DNA from: Haliotis cracherodii
Lineage: Eukaryota
Assembly: GCF_022045235.1 (NCBI RefSeq)
Contig: NW_027266330.1
Span: 1,302,001 to 1,366,000 of the forward strand
Direction of reading: 5' to 3'
DNA length: 64,000 bases
Shown in pieces: positions 55,101-64,000 of this stretch (position 1 is the first letter of the stretch; the number at the start of each line of letters is the position of its first letter). The translations under genes and the position numbers were made by a program. The notes beneath the pieces are model-generated. The model was not told where the DNA came from. It ran no database searches and worked only from the letters and a program-made list of their open reading frames with translations.

Positions 55101-58100
55101 TGCACGCGCAGCCATGACCCTGACGCGAAGGATATCTGGAACACGTGCATCAGATGACGTCATGAGAACATGTGTGTACTATACTCACCGCCAAAAGAAA
55201 CGCGAATACCATACTTGTTGGTTAATATATGAAGACTTACTCATATTCAAGAGATATTAGATTGGATCGATGCACACACGAACATGCTGTGAGCCGATGC
55301 TCATGAACGTATCACATGTGACGTCATAGATCCGTAACTCGAGATGCACCATTTGTCTCGTGCAGGATTAGCGTGTAAAGTTTGGAAATCATGTGTAACA
55401 TATCATGATAAGATTAAAGACACCCTGTGGTAACACTTGACTGATTGTTAGTTCTGTCATTAAGTGCTACACATTGGAAACATCTCTTCTTAACTTACAT
55501 ACATATCCATATGTTTCTATGGTTCGCGTTTCTTTTGATGGTGAGTATATATTGTGTGTCATGTCAGCACGTCTATCATCTTAATGTCGGTCAGTCCAGT
55601 TCCGTGTTGACTAGAAGTCCGTTGGGAGTTAAGCAGATCAGATGGAGGCTTATGCTGATTAATATGTATAATAGTTGCTCGGGAACAGTAGGTCACGTAA
55701 TACGGATTAGAGATGCCCAGCCACAACAAGCCAGTGTCGGTCTCCTCACAGACATACATATGTAGACCGACAGACCATTGTGTTCCCGTCACAGTCCACC
55801 AGTTCATTGACTTGGCATGATAACTCACGCATGCACATAGAAATTTCATTCATGGAAAAAGAGTATTAAGTGTTTCTTAATGTGTAGGTTTTTTGCTAAG
55901 GACAATATTAGTTGCTGTAACAGAATGAATTTCATAAGAGATGAATATTCAGTGTAATATGGCGAGGACTACTTTCTTCTTATATCGTTCACATCTAAAC
56001 GTCACATGGTAGTCATTGTGACGTTTTTACACTTTGTGGACAAAACAGACATCGCAGAATCGTCCATTATGGGGAAAGTAACTGTTTCGTCCAAGTTCGA
56101 CATTTAAACGGAAATAATTACATCTTCACTTCGAAACAGATATCATTATGTAATGTGAAATGTCACTTGTTAAATAACGTTCTGCGTTCAACATAGGCTT
56201 CAACACTGAACATTGTAGTTACATTTCGAAGATAATTCTATAGAAAAATTCCAGTTATGGTAAAGATTGTCTGATAGTCTTTGCTGAATTCATAAAGAAA
56301 TAATGTTATATCTCTGTTTTTCTTGTACCCAGACCAGTCCGAACCCTAAACTGAACAAAATGTCTTTTTTATTGATGTAGCCCATGTCACTTTTCCCACC
56401 TCATCCAGTGATGTTAGCATGACGAAGGCTTGGCGAGGTCATCTGTGAGAGTCGAGATGAAGAAGTCTGCACCAATACTTCACTGTTCTTGCCTAGAGTG
56501 CAGGGAAAGTATGTGGACAGTAGGTGTGTCTACACGTGTGCTACATGTGTGCCGCAGGGAGTTGATATACCAAGGAATAACTTTTTAATGTGAAGTTTGC
56601 ATGAAATACGGCTTTTCCATTGGGCGATAGGTCGGTCACATGGCCGCGAAACTGAAGTTCATAAGTGAATGAATGACGCATTTTTTATTATTCACGAGAC
56701 TGTATTCGAGAAATGAAAATTATTCCTGGGTTAACCCAAGGGAATTCCCTAGCACGAATAAATACAGAAGCGTTGTTTCACAACATTTAGACCCGTTAAT
56801 CTTGAATTTAGCGTTCATACAGTTTGGCCCTCACTCTATGAAGGAACACACTCCACTGAACACACACGAAGTGCAAGTCAATTCTTAAATGACCTACCAT
56901 AAAGTTCCTGCCGTCGTTCGTCCGCTTGATCTGTGTCCCCGCAGCCAAACTCCCCCCTGACACAATCCGCACCCGGGCGGGCGGGGCACCCCACCGCTGG
57001 CGGCACACGTCGATGGCGATGGTGTCAGGGCCGTCCATGATGGCGACGGCACACACGCAGGCGCGACCCACACACTCGTTGGTTCTGATGTTCACCTGGT
57101 GGGAGAGACTTCTGTTTAATATATTCTCTAGAGACCACAGAGTGTACAGCTGTACACAAAACCCGTCGGTACTGATGTACAGAGAGACACAGGTACACTC
57201 AAGGCGGTCTTACCTCAAACTGGCGCTGCGTGCTCCTCAGCAGTACGAAGTCCCCGACCTCGTAGAGATGCAAGGTGCTGAGGAGAGAACCCAGAAGATG
57301 AAGCAGATGATGTTTCAAGAGACCACATCAGTAATACATAGTCGTGACAGTCTCGCGGATTAGCGTGAGAGCGTTCACACGGTGATGGGTACATATCAGA
57401 TCCTCGCCGCAAAACAATCTTAGTTCTATGACAATCTGTCGACCATACTTTAACATGGACTTACGATGGTCGTACCGCTATGGCAATCTAGCGCGCATGC
57501 ATTAACATGGACTTACGGTTATCTTAGTGCTGAGGCAATCGCATCGCCCATACTTTAACATAGACGTATGACTGTCGTAGCGTTATTGCAATCTATCGAC
57601 CTAACTTTAACACAGACTTACGGCTTTCTTAACGTTGAGGCAATCGCATCGCCCATGCTTTAAGATAGACTGTCGCAGTGCTTACATGTTATTGACAAAA
57701 CGATGATGACTTTTTTTCAAGCATTTTTGGCAACACTTTTCTGAGACAAAATAGTTCACTACAACATTCCGACCCACATGATCGGACCCTCACGTGTTGG
57801 CGACACAGGAATCTCGCCTCGTCTCCGTGATGTGACCAGTGACTGACTGACACTTACTCTCGGCCCTCGAATGTTCTGATGTGTGGATCTGCAAAAGCCG
57901 AGCAGCGTCGCGTCTCCCCATCCACGGTGAATACCTGCAGCAGGATGTATCGATGTGGTGAACATGTGCAGTTTATAGAGTTAAATACAGTGAACACTTA
58001 ACTGTAGAGTATAGGGTTGAAATTGGTGAACACCTACAGTATATCAGAAAGATAGCATCTATCAGGCATAAAAGCATGAGGTTTGGTATTAACGCTGCTT

Positions 58101-61100
58101 TGAACAGTATTCCCTTTGTATCACGGCGTGTCAGCTTAATGTGGGAGGAAAACCCGTGTGATGCAGGTCTCAGACTTTCTTGAAACCCACAGACACTGGT
58201 ATGGTGCTGACGTACCTGGAAACAATCGGGACGAATCAGAATGCGAGTCTCAGCTGTTTAACACTTTGGTGAAATCTACGAGCACATATATGGTGCGGAT
58301 AAACCTAGGAACCTAATCGGGATTCGAACCCGTGGGTTCATAGGTTTCTGGCATGCCCAAGAGACGCAACTCTGGACAACGAGATGCGGAGCCTTAGACG
58401 ACTGCACTATATAAGATACACAGCATCACCGCATCACGGTACCATCCTCCAACATACTTCCAGTGGCGTAGCACCCACGTAGCACAAACAGCAAGTGCTT
58501 ACACATTAAAATCGTTAAATGAATAAAATAAAATAATCTATTAAAAAACTTTAGTGCGTTCCTATTTCTGGCGTTTGTCATAGTTACATGATCGTGTGTT
58601 AATGTACAGGTTGCCCCGACTACCAGTGTCAACATTGTGGTTTGTGAGTTGGTTCGATGTTGTTGTTTGCTTGTTACATTTGCTTCACCCTTTTGGCGGA
58701 CCCCTGGTGTCATCACTGATTGTCAGTGGTCCATCCATATAACTTCCACAGCTATTTTCCCTTTTCGACAAATGGAATCTGTTTCGGTCGATAATCTAGA
58801 GTGGTTATTCTTTTGCATTGACAGTTCATATTTTATGAGGATATGTGGGTTTGATCAGGATAATCAAACTGTTTTCTACTTAAAATGTGTTATGTACAGG
58901 ACGTGACAAGGATATGTCGTGATATCTCTGTTTTAGATATGTCGCACGGTTCTGTTTGTGTGTTTGTTTGATTATGAGTGCTTAAGGAAAATAAGTACTG
59001 CAATATGATTGCTTACATTTTAATTTCCCCTAGCTACGGTCATGCTGTCTGCATGTCGCGGATTTCGTCAAACCAGCAACCTTCCGCTCTCAGGGCAGAC
59101 ACTCCATCCACTACACCACGGAGGCGGTCCTAACGTAAGGGAGTATCGCTACGTTCACAGTGAGACACGGGACAGCATGACCCGGCCGTGTTCACGATAC
59201 ACCCTGTTGTATAACTGTTACCACACGCCATGCTCGAGTAACCGTGACACCTGTACGTGACAGTCATGTCACCCATACGATAAGTCACGCACACTTCTCG
59301 CTTTGAACATCACCGCAGATTTGTCACGAACAGCCAGGCCACCTGGCCGGCGCACCTACCCTGAGTCGAGGCAGTCTGTAGCCCCGCCAGATGTCCGGGG
59401 CGTTGATGTAGTTGGCGATGAAAGTGACATGGAGTTCCTGGTTGCCGTCCCTGACGAAGTCCCTGGTAGCTTGGACGGTGGTGGAGATGGTGGCGGTGCG
59501 GGTGTTGAGGTCCCAGTGGTCACGTGTCAGCAAGAGGAGGCACTGATTGGCTGTCGCGATGTCCTCTGGTGACAGTGACAAAAAGTTGTATACTACCAAA
59601 ACATGACATGACTGATTAACTGTAGTAATATGAAAGAAACTGGTGGTCATTAACTTGTCTTGTGTTCAGACACGGAGGTAGGAGAAACCAGAAGTCAGGT
59701 GGAAATATTTCCCAGTGTAGTTAATGCTGTATCCATGACGACTATGAACTCAAGAGATAACTGCTGCTACTGCCTGCGACATCGTCATGTTGACGGTGGG
59801 ATGGCCTGGGGAATATATACAGCGTTCGGTCGTCACGACAAGAACCCGGGTTCGAATCCCAAAGTTGGTACAATGAGTGAAGCCCATTTCTGGCGTCCCC
59901 TACCGTAATATTGCTGGAATATCGCGGTGTAAAAACATACTCATTTACACTGTCGAATAAATCCCTAGTTTTCTGAGGGGTACCCACCTTTCGAATTATG
60001 AATACAGGGCATATGATGACATTAAACTATTACAAAAGTTAGTGGGTGAATGAGTGAGTGAGTTTGGTTTTTGTCACGTGAACTGGCATGATGCTGACAA
60101 ACCTCGCGGCATAATCGAATCTACAACCAGCCTGATGGACGTAACTCAGACGCCTCAGACAACGGGTCCACTCGTTCCCCGCACCCTCCCCCCCCCCCCC
60201 CCCCCCCCCCCTCCCCTACACACACACACCCCATACACCCCTCCGCTAAATACAATATGACTATGTGCACATGGCATATTGAATTCACGAGTCAGCAATG
60301 ATTAAGAAAGGCCTAAAATAGGTGTGAAAAAAGAAACGTAGAATATGAACATAGGTTCACGTGTTCAGGTGCTTTTTTTCAACACACGATGTACGATGCA
60401 AATTGTACAATACACGATGGCCGCCCCGGGGATTCGGGGCTAGAAGAGGTCCCCAGTAGCTTATGTTTTTCGGTTATCAAATGGATCTGGTTGTCGAACG
60501 GGGTGACTTGGTTTATTTGCGTGCCGCGGTACCCCGACAAACACAGTACAACAATACACTATGATTGTACAACACGCTGTACACTGCCAAAGTCACATGA
60601 TCAAACGACAAATGTTTTTTCTTTGTCCATGCGAAAAAATAAAGTTAAAATTCCTTACGAGAAAACAACCAAAGCATTTAGAGTCAGTGTGAAACGGTTG
60701 TATTTATTTTCCAACGGAACTAACAAGAGTTGGCCAACAATGTTAGATAATCCTATCAGAATATCCAATAATGGCCTCACCCCAACTTCCGCCTGTGACG
60801 TCAATGTCAAGGTGAATGTTACAACGTTGCTGTGCGCCTGTGCACAAAACCGGAAGCGTTGACGTCACGTTGATCTGCTGAGGTCCCCCTGCCTCTCGTA
60901 CAGTCACGACCGGCGGCGCGACCTGGGAAGAGAGTCACGTACGTTCAATAGTCACACCGAGACGACACACTGACACAGATAGAAAACATGCAGCCTTGAC
61001 ACATGCTAATAGCGGCTTTGTGTCCAGCAGGTGCGTGTTGACAGGATTATGAGTGTCGCTCAGTTAGTAACATCATACATTCAATGAGAGCCAAGTAACA

Positions 61101-63988
61101 CAACACATCGCAATGGAACCAGAGTTAATTAGGAAAACAACATATTTGACGCTGCATGATATGTTTCAGAAATAGACTTGCTTCAGGGTCTTCTATGGAT
61201 GACGGCATATGTCACGGCAGCAGGAAGTATGTGATAGGCAGATTATAAGCTAAAGTCGTTAACGTTGTTGTACATTCAAACAGAACCACACAGCTGAAGG
61301 TCGCAAGCATTTAGTGGGAAATAACTATTTAACTTCCTCACCAAATGTGTGGCCTAGATTTCAGAAATAGCTCTACATGTCGGTCTGAAAGACATTGTAA
61401 CCGCCACCAGAACACCAGCCACCATGTGACCAGTGTGTGGTCACTCTGTGGTCGATGTGTGGTCAGTGTGTGGTCGATGTGTGGTCAGTGTGTGGGGTGT
61501 GTGTCAGTGAGGTTTGTGTGTGTTCAGTGTGTGGAGTGAGTGTGGGGTGTGTGTCAGTGTGTGGTCAGCCACGGTGTGGGATGTGTCGGCTAGGTTCGCC
61601 CTACCGAGTATGTAAAGGGTAACATCCCCATCATTTAGCATCACACACACTACATTGCTAGTCTAACATTATTAACTACACAAAGTCTGCGTATTTGCTG
61701 CTGCTGGCTGCTGGTGGATCAATGCGGGGTGAACGTGAATGCTTTGGGCGTGGTATGGCATGTAAGACGTGTGTTGTTGGGATATAACCGTGGTCTGGCA
61801 TGTTAGTCGTGTGTAGTGGAGGATATTGCCGTGGTTGGCGTGGTGTGGCATGTTTGTCGTGTGTAGTGGAGGATAATGGCGTGGTGGGCGTGGTGTGGCA
61901 TGTTAGTCGTGTGAAGAGGGGGATATTGTCGTGGTTGGCGTGGTGTGGCATGTTAGTCGTGTGTAGTGGGGGATAACGGCGTGGTGGGCGTGGTGTGGCA
62001 TGTTAGTCGTGTGTAGAGGGGGATAACGGCGTGGTGGGTGCTTGGTGCATGTGGTGTTATCCTAAAACAAACATGTCTACTTATAAACGTTACGTATAAA
62101 CATGCTTCTGGGATATACACAGTAGTGTGTGAATACAGACATACGTACAGTCCATGGAGTTGTATGCAGACATAACCTACCCTCACTCCCCCGAAGTAGC
62201 CGTTGCTGGTGAGGATGGCGCTCCTGACGTTGGGTGTCGTCACGTAGTAAGCATCGGCCCTGCACCGGAGCTGTAACACACAAGGCAGCCATGACAACCT
62301 CGGAGGCGATCTGATCACCTCACAGCGACACTCTCGCCAATGCAGTCGTCTACTTGTATTGAGGTTGGGAAGGACTACTATATAATGCTTGAGAATAACT
62401 ACTGAAACACAATTTGAGAATGATTAATTTTTCTAAAGTGTGAGAATTTACAGTGTTTGAGTGGAAGGACATGCTATTACTCGCCCAAAAGGTGGTCCTT
62501 ACTTTTATCAAGACATCAGATGTAAACAACATGATGGAACTCACCTAAAGTAACACAAATCCCATACATTTCAGGGAATAGATTATACCTGACTTATATA
62601 CCATCTTAGTCTTGTATGTCTCCACACGGGTCTTACAGCTGCCTTATATACCATCTTAGTCTTGTATGTCTCCACACGGGTCTTACAGCTGCTAATGAAC
62701 CATCTTAGCATTGTGCGTCTTCGCACGGGTCTTAAGCTGCCATATATACTATCTTAGTCTTGTGTGTCTCCACACGGGTCTTACAGCTGCCTTATATACC
62801 ATCTTAGTCTTGTATCTCTCCACACGGGTCTTACAGCTGCTAATGAACCATCTTAGCACTGTGCGTCTTCACACGGGTCTTAAGCTGCCATATATACTAT
62901 CTTAGTCTTGTGTGTCTCCACACGGGTTTTACAGCTGACTTATATACTATCTTAGTCTTGTATGTCTCACAATGGGTGTATTTGAGTGTTAAACATCTCA
63001 GTCTTGTATCTCGCCACATGAGTCTTATTGCTGACTTATATACCATCTTAGTCTTGTATGTCTCACAATGAGTCTTATAGCTGTCTTATATAACACCTTA
63101 ATCTTGTATGTCTCACAATGGGTCTTATAGCTGACTTATATACCATCTTAGTCTTGTATGTCTCACAATGAGTCTTATAGCTGACTTATATACCATCTTA
63201 GTCTTGTATCTCTCCACACGGGTCTTATAGCTGCCTAATATACCATCTTAGCTTTGTATGTCTCCACACGGGTCTTACAGCTTCCTTATATACCACCTTA
63301 GTCTTGTATCTCTCCACACGGGTCTTACAGCTGCCTTATATACCATCTTAGTCTTGTATGTCTCCACAGGGGTCTTACAGCTGCCTTATTTACCACCTTA
63401 GTCTTGTATCTCTCCACTCGGGTCTTACAGCTGACTTATATACCATCTTAGTCTTGTATCTCTCCACACGGGTGTATTTGAGTGTTAAACATCTCAGTCT
63501 TGTATCTCTCCACACGGGTCTCATAGCTAACTAAAATACCATCTTAGTCGTGTATGTCGTCTCCACACGGGTGTATTTGAGTGTTAAACATCTTAGTCTT
63601 GTATGTCTCCACACGGGTCTTACAGCTGCCTTATATACCACCTTAGTCTTGTATGTCTCCACACGGGTCTTACAGCTGCCTTATATACCACCTTAGTCTT
63701 GTATGTCTCCACACGGGTGTATTTGAGTGTTAAACATCTCAGTACAACTCACGGTCTTGCCGACGTTCCCTCTCCAGGCCTCTTGGTAAAGGAAAGCGAT
63801 TCTCTGGTCCCCTGTGAGGATGTCTGCGGGGCGAGTCGGGATGTCCACTCCGTCAAACGACCACGTGACATTGAAGGCGATGTTCTGAATGCCGCGCTGG
63901 AAGGATATGCCACAAGCAAACCTGAAGCGGTCTCCGATGATTTCCGGTCCGGTGAGGACTGGCGGAGAAACCATCCTTGGAGCCGATT
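44217..63988 (-). CDS. VWDE: VWDE-like protein (VWD + EGF + C-terminal Cys-rich repeats), 19 exons in window, 5'-incomplete
   Basis: Spliced reading frame stays open across 19 GT-AG exons with matching phases. VWD motifs CSAFADPHIRTFEG and GICGTFDGNPDNE; EGF CPNQCSLRGVCSAGTCLCDEGYTAPDC; VVYDSRCLAC and DTCLIEGTC motifs typical of invertebrate VWDE-like proteins. Orthology to vertebrate VWDE is not established. Confidence 0.9.
44436..45060. repeat. 31-bp intronic minisatellite abutting the terminal-exon acceptor
   Basis: ACACAAACAATACAGTATTATATGACGTACT, split by a SINE. Confidence 0.9.
44619..44863 (+). mobile_element. SINE family 3 copy inserted in a 31-bp minisatellite
   Basis: B box GGTTCGAATCCC, (ACTC)n tail, 10-bp TSD CTATATGAGG. 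Confidence 0.8.
45165..45290 (+). mobile_element. SINE family 1 copy, highly diverged
   Basis: GATTCCC...ACAATGTG...GCCCATTTCTGGT remnants. Confidence 0.5.
45530..45669 (-). CDS. VWDE: VWDE-like exon, Cys-rich repeat 1 (SNQTGCPCFFDKNRTDCACC...LCGT)
   Basis: tttccag acceptor, GTGAG donor, phase 2/1. Confidence 0.88.
46298..46373 (-). CDS. VWDE: VWDE-like exon (LSRLAAFPAPCLPTNNRFDRWDIWT)
   Basis: ctccag acceptor, GTGAG donor, phase 1/2 bridges both neighbours. Confidence 0.8.
47262..47370. mobile_element. Related short palindromic MITE
   Basis: TIR AGGTGCCGTTGWACA...ATCTTAGCGCT shared with the 50088-50192 family. Confidence 0.65.
47466..47577 (-). CDS. VWDE: VWDE-like exon (NDTCLIEGTC...CDPDRDQERWTSS)
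   Basis: tttcag acceptor, GTGAG donor, phase 0/1. Confidence 0.9.
47878..47947. repeat. (GA)n microsatellite
   Basis: Direct. Confidence 0.95.
47959..49604. repeat. 44/46-bp minisatellite made of an exon 3' end plus splice donor, ~36 copies
   Basis: Minus-strand unit TGTCTCGCCTGTAACAGGATGGGCCAGTGTGGCATCAGG|GTAGGTG. Confidence 0.95.
49566..49693 (-). CDS. VWDE: VWDE-like exon (DRALHGFLISLTTNG...VYDSRCLACNRMGQCGIR)
   Basis: ccttcag acceptor, GTAGGT donor, phase 1/0. Confidence 0.9.
49745..49995 (-). mobile_element. SINE-like family 2 copy with (AAAC)n tail
   Basis: Core GATGACATGCATCAACCAAGTCAGCGAGCCTGACCACCCGATCC recurs about 7 times in the window. Confidence 0.75.
50088..50192. mobile_element. 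Short palindromic MITE (possibly PIF/Harbinger type)
   Basis: TIR GGSCCCGTTCCAC..A.CGATCTTAG, CAG on both flanks. Confidence 0.7.
50558..50666 (-). CDS. VWDE: VWDE-like exon (IDNGNLTPG...EVGCHLPDARVPE)
   Basis: tttctacag acceptor, GTAGAC donor, phase 0/1. Confidence 0.85.
51312..51417 (-). CDS. VWDE: VWDE-like exon (RNGLCNSRRRPC...RVRDVR)
   Basis: ctccccag acceptor, GTGAGT donor, phase 2/0. Confidence 0.88.
51602..51870 (-). CDS. VWDE: VWDE-like exon with EGF domain (AAQTTVF...CPNQCS...PDCSV...RIM)
   Basis: ctcccag acceptor, GTCAGT donor, phase 0/2; tenascin-type EGF Cys spacing. Confidence 0.92.
52227..52459 (-). CDS. VWDE: VWDE-like exon (FNFTASVG...SSCVEDMV)
   Basis: cccttcag acceptor, GTAAGT donor, phase 1/0; C-V-x-D motif. 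Confidence 0.87.
52478..52690 (-). mobile_element. SINE-like family 2 copy immediately upstream of a splice acceptor
   Basis: Similarity to 49745-49995; further partial copies near 46904-47005, 50333-50510 and 53595-53745. Confidence 0.65.
53353..53503 (-). CDS. VWDE: VWDE-like exon (LCRSCHDV...IDDDNDEP...TMIN)
   Basis: gtttcag acceptor, GTGAG donor, phase 0/1; not in ORF track. Confidence 0.82.
53765..54205. repeat. TG/GA-rich degenerate intronic repeat
   Basis: TGTGAGGATGACGTG motifs. Confidence 0.85.
54363..54528 (-). CDS. VWDE: VWDE-like exon (RLRVDQSLL...CLC...DPVRN)
   Basis: cacgcag acceptor, GTGAG donor, phase 2/0. Confidence 0.85.
54927..55135 (-). CDS. VWDE: VWDE-like exon, VWD C-half (ISFASGS...GICGTFDGNPDNE...FRSW)
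   Basis: ttccag acceptor, GTAAG donor, phase 0/2; GLCG-type motif. Confidence 0.92.
55184..55545. mobile_element. Tc1-like MITE (opposite orientation)
   Basis: Same TIRs and homologous interior as 11820-12177. Confidence 0.85.
56898..57095 (-). CDS. VWDE: VWDE-like exon (VNIRTNEC...CVCAVAI...GRNFM)
   Basis: ccaccag acceptor, GTAGGT donor, phase 0/0. Confidence 0.9.
57214..57277 (-). CDS. VWDE: VWDE-like exon (DTLHLYEVGDFVLLRSTQRQFE)
   Basis: ctcctcag acceptor, GTAAG donor, phase 2/0; G-x-F-V-L VWD motif. Confidence 0.88.
57858..57934 (-). CDS. VWDE: VWDE-like exon, start of VWD domain (VFTVDGETRRCSAFADPHIRTFEGR)
   Basis: ctgcag acceptor, GTAAGT donor, phase 0/2; DPH-x-x-TF-x-G VWD signature. 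Confidence 0.9.
58077..58410 (-). mobile_element. SINE family 3 copy
   Basis: Reverse-complement similarity to 44619-44863; partial copies also near 18800-18960, 47055-47130 and 60050-60125. Confidence 0.7.
59360..59565 (-). CDS. VWDE: VWDE-like exon (EDIATANQC...ATRDFVRDG...RLPRLR)
   Basis: caccag acceptor, GTAGGT donor, phase 1/0. Confidence 0.88.
59793..59945 (+). mobile_element. SINE family 1 copy, diverged
   Basis: GGTTCGAATCCC B box and GCCCATTTCTGG body. Confidence 0.7.
60781..60922 (-). CDS. VWDE: VWDE-like exon (VAPPVVTVRE...STLPVLC...GGSW)
   Basis: cttcccag acceptor, GTGAG donor, phase 0/1; not in ORF track. Confidence 0.85.
61745..62060. repeat. ~50-bp intronic minisatellite
   Basis: GTGGTGTGGCATGTTAGTCGTGTGTAG... 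Confidence 0.85.
62181..62270 (-). CDS. VWDE: VWDE-like exon (LRCRADAYY...NGYFGGVR)
   Basis: gttacag acceptor, GTAGGT donor, 90 nt, phase 0/0. Confidence 0.85.
62588..63742. repeat. ~46-50-bp intronic minisatellite abutting a splice donor
   Basis: CCATCTTAGTCTTGTATGTCTCCACACGGGTCTTACAGCTGCCTTATATA and variants. Confidence 0.92.
63753..63988 (-). CDS. VWDE: VWDE-like exon (first in window; SAPRMVSPPVLTGPE...RGNVGKT)
   Basis: ttcag acceptor, GTGAG donor; phase 1 in, phase 0 out. Confidence 0.85.
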
Positions 63989-64000
63989 CTGAAGCCCGAA

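Overview
Eukaryotic (non-bacterial) genomic DNA, probably a gastropod mollusc: the tRNA-derived SINEs resemble those I recall from abalone, Haliotis (inference). The right third (44217-63988, minus strand) holds 19 coding exons of a von Willebrand factor D and EGF domain-containing (VWDE-like) gene. I reconstructed them by hand with GT-AG splice sites and consistent phases (2927 nt, about 975 codons including the stop); the 5' exons lie beyond the window. The protein has no transmembrane segment in this part and ends in two copies of a Cys-rich module I cannot name. A probable first coding exon (signal-peptide-like) of a second minus-strand gene lies at 31554-31715, with a promoter-like region upstream and no further exon I could identify in the 31 kb downstream. 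The rest is non-coding: about 25 different minisatellite arrays (roughly 35-40% of the window by my estimate, and the source of every long ORF in the track), three SINE families, MITEs, R4/Dong-like non-LTR fragments in (TAA)n tracts, and Penelope-like remnants. Most notable are (i) a duplicated inverted Penelope-like end carrying opposed hammerhead ribozyme motifs inside a satellite, and (ii) a ~36-copy minisatellite built from the last 39 nt of a coding exon plus its splice donor.
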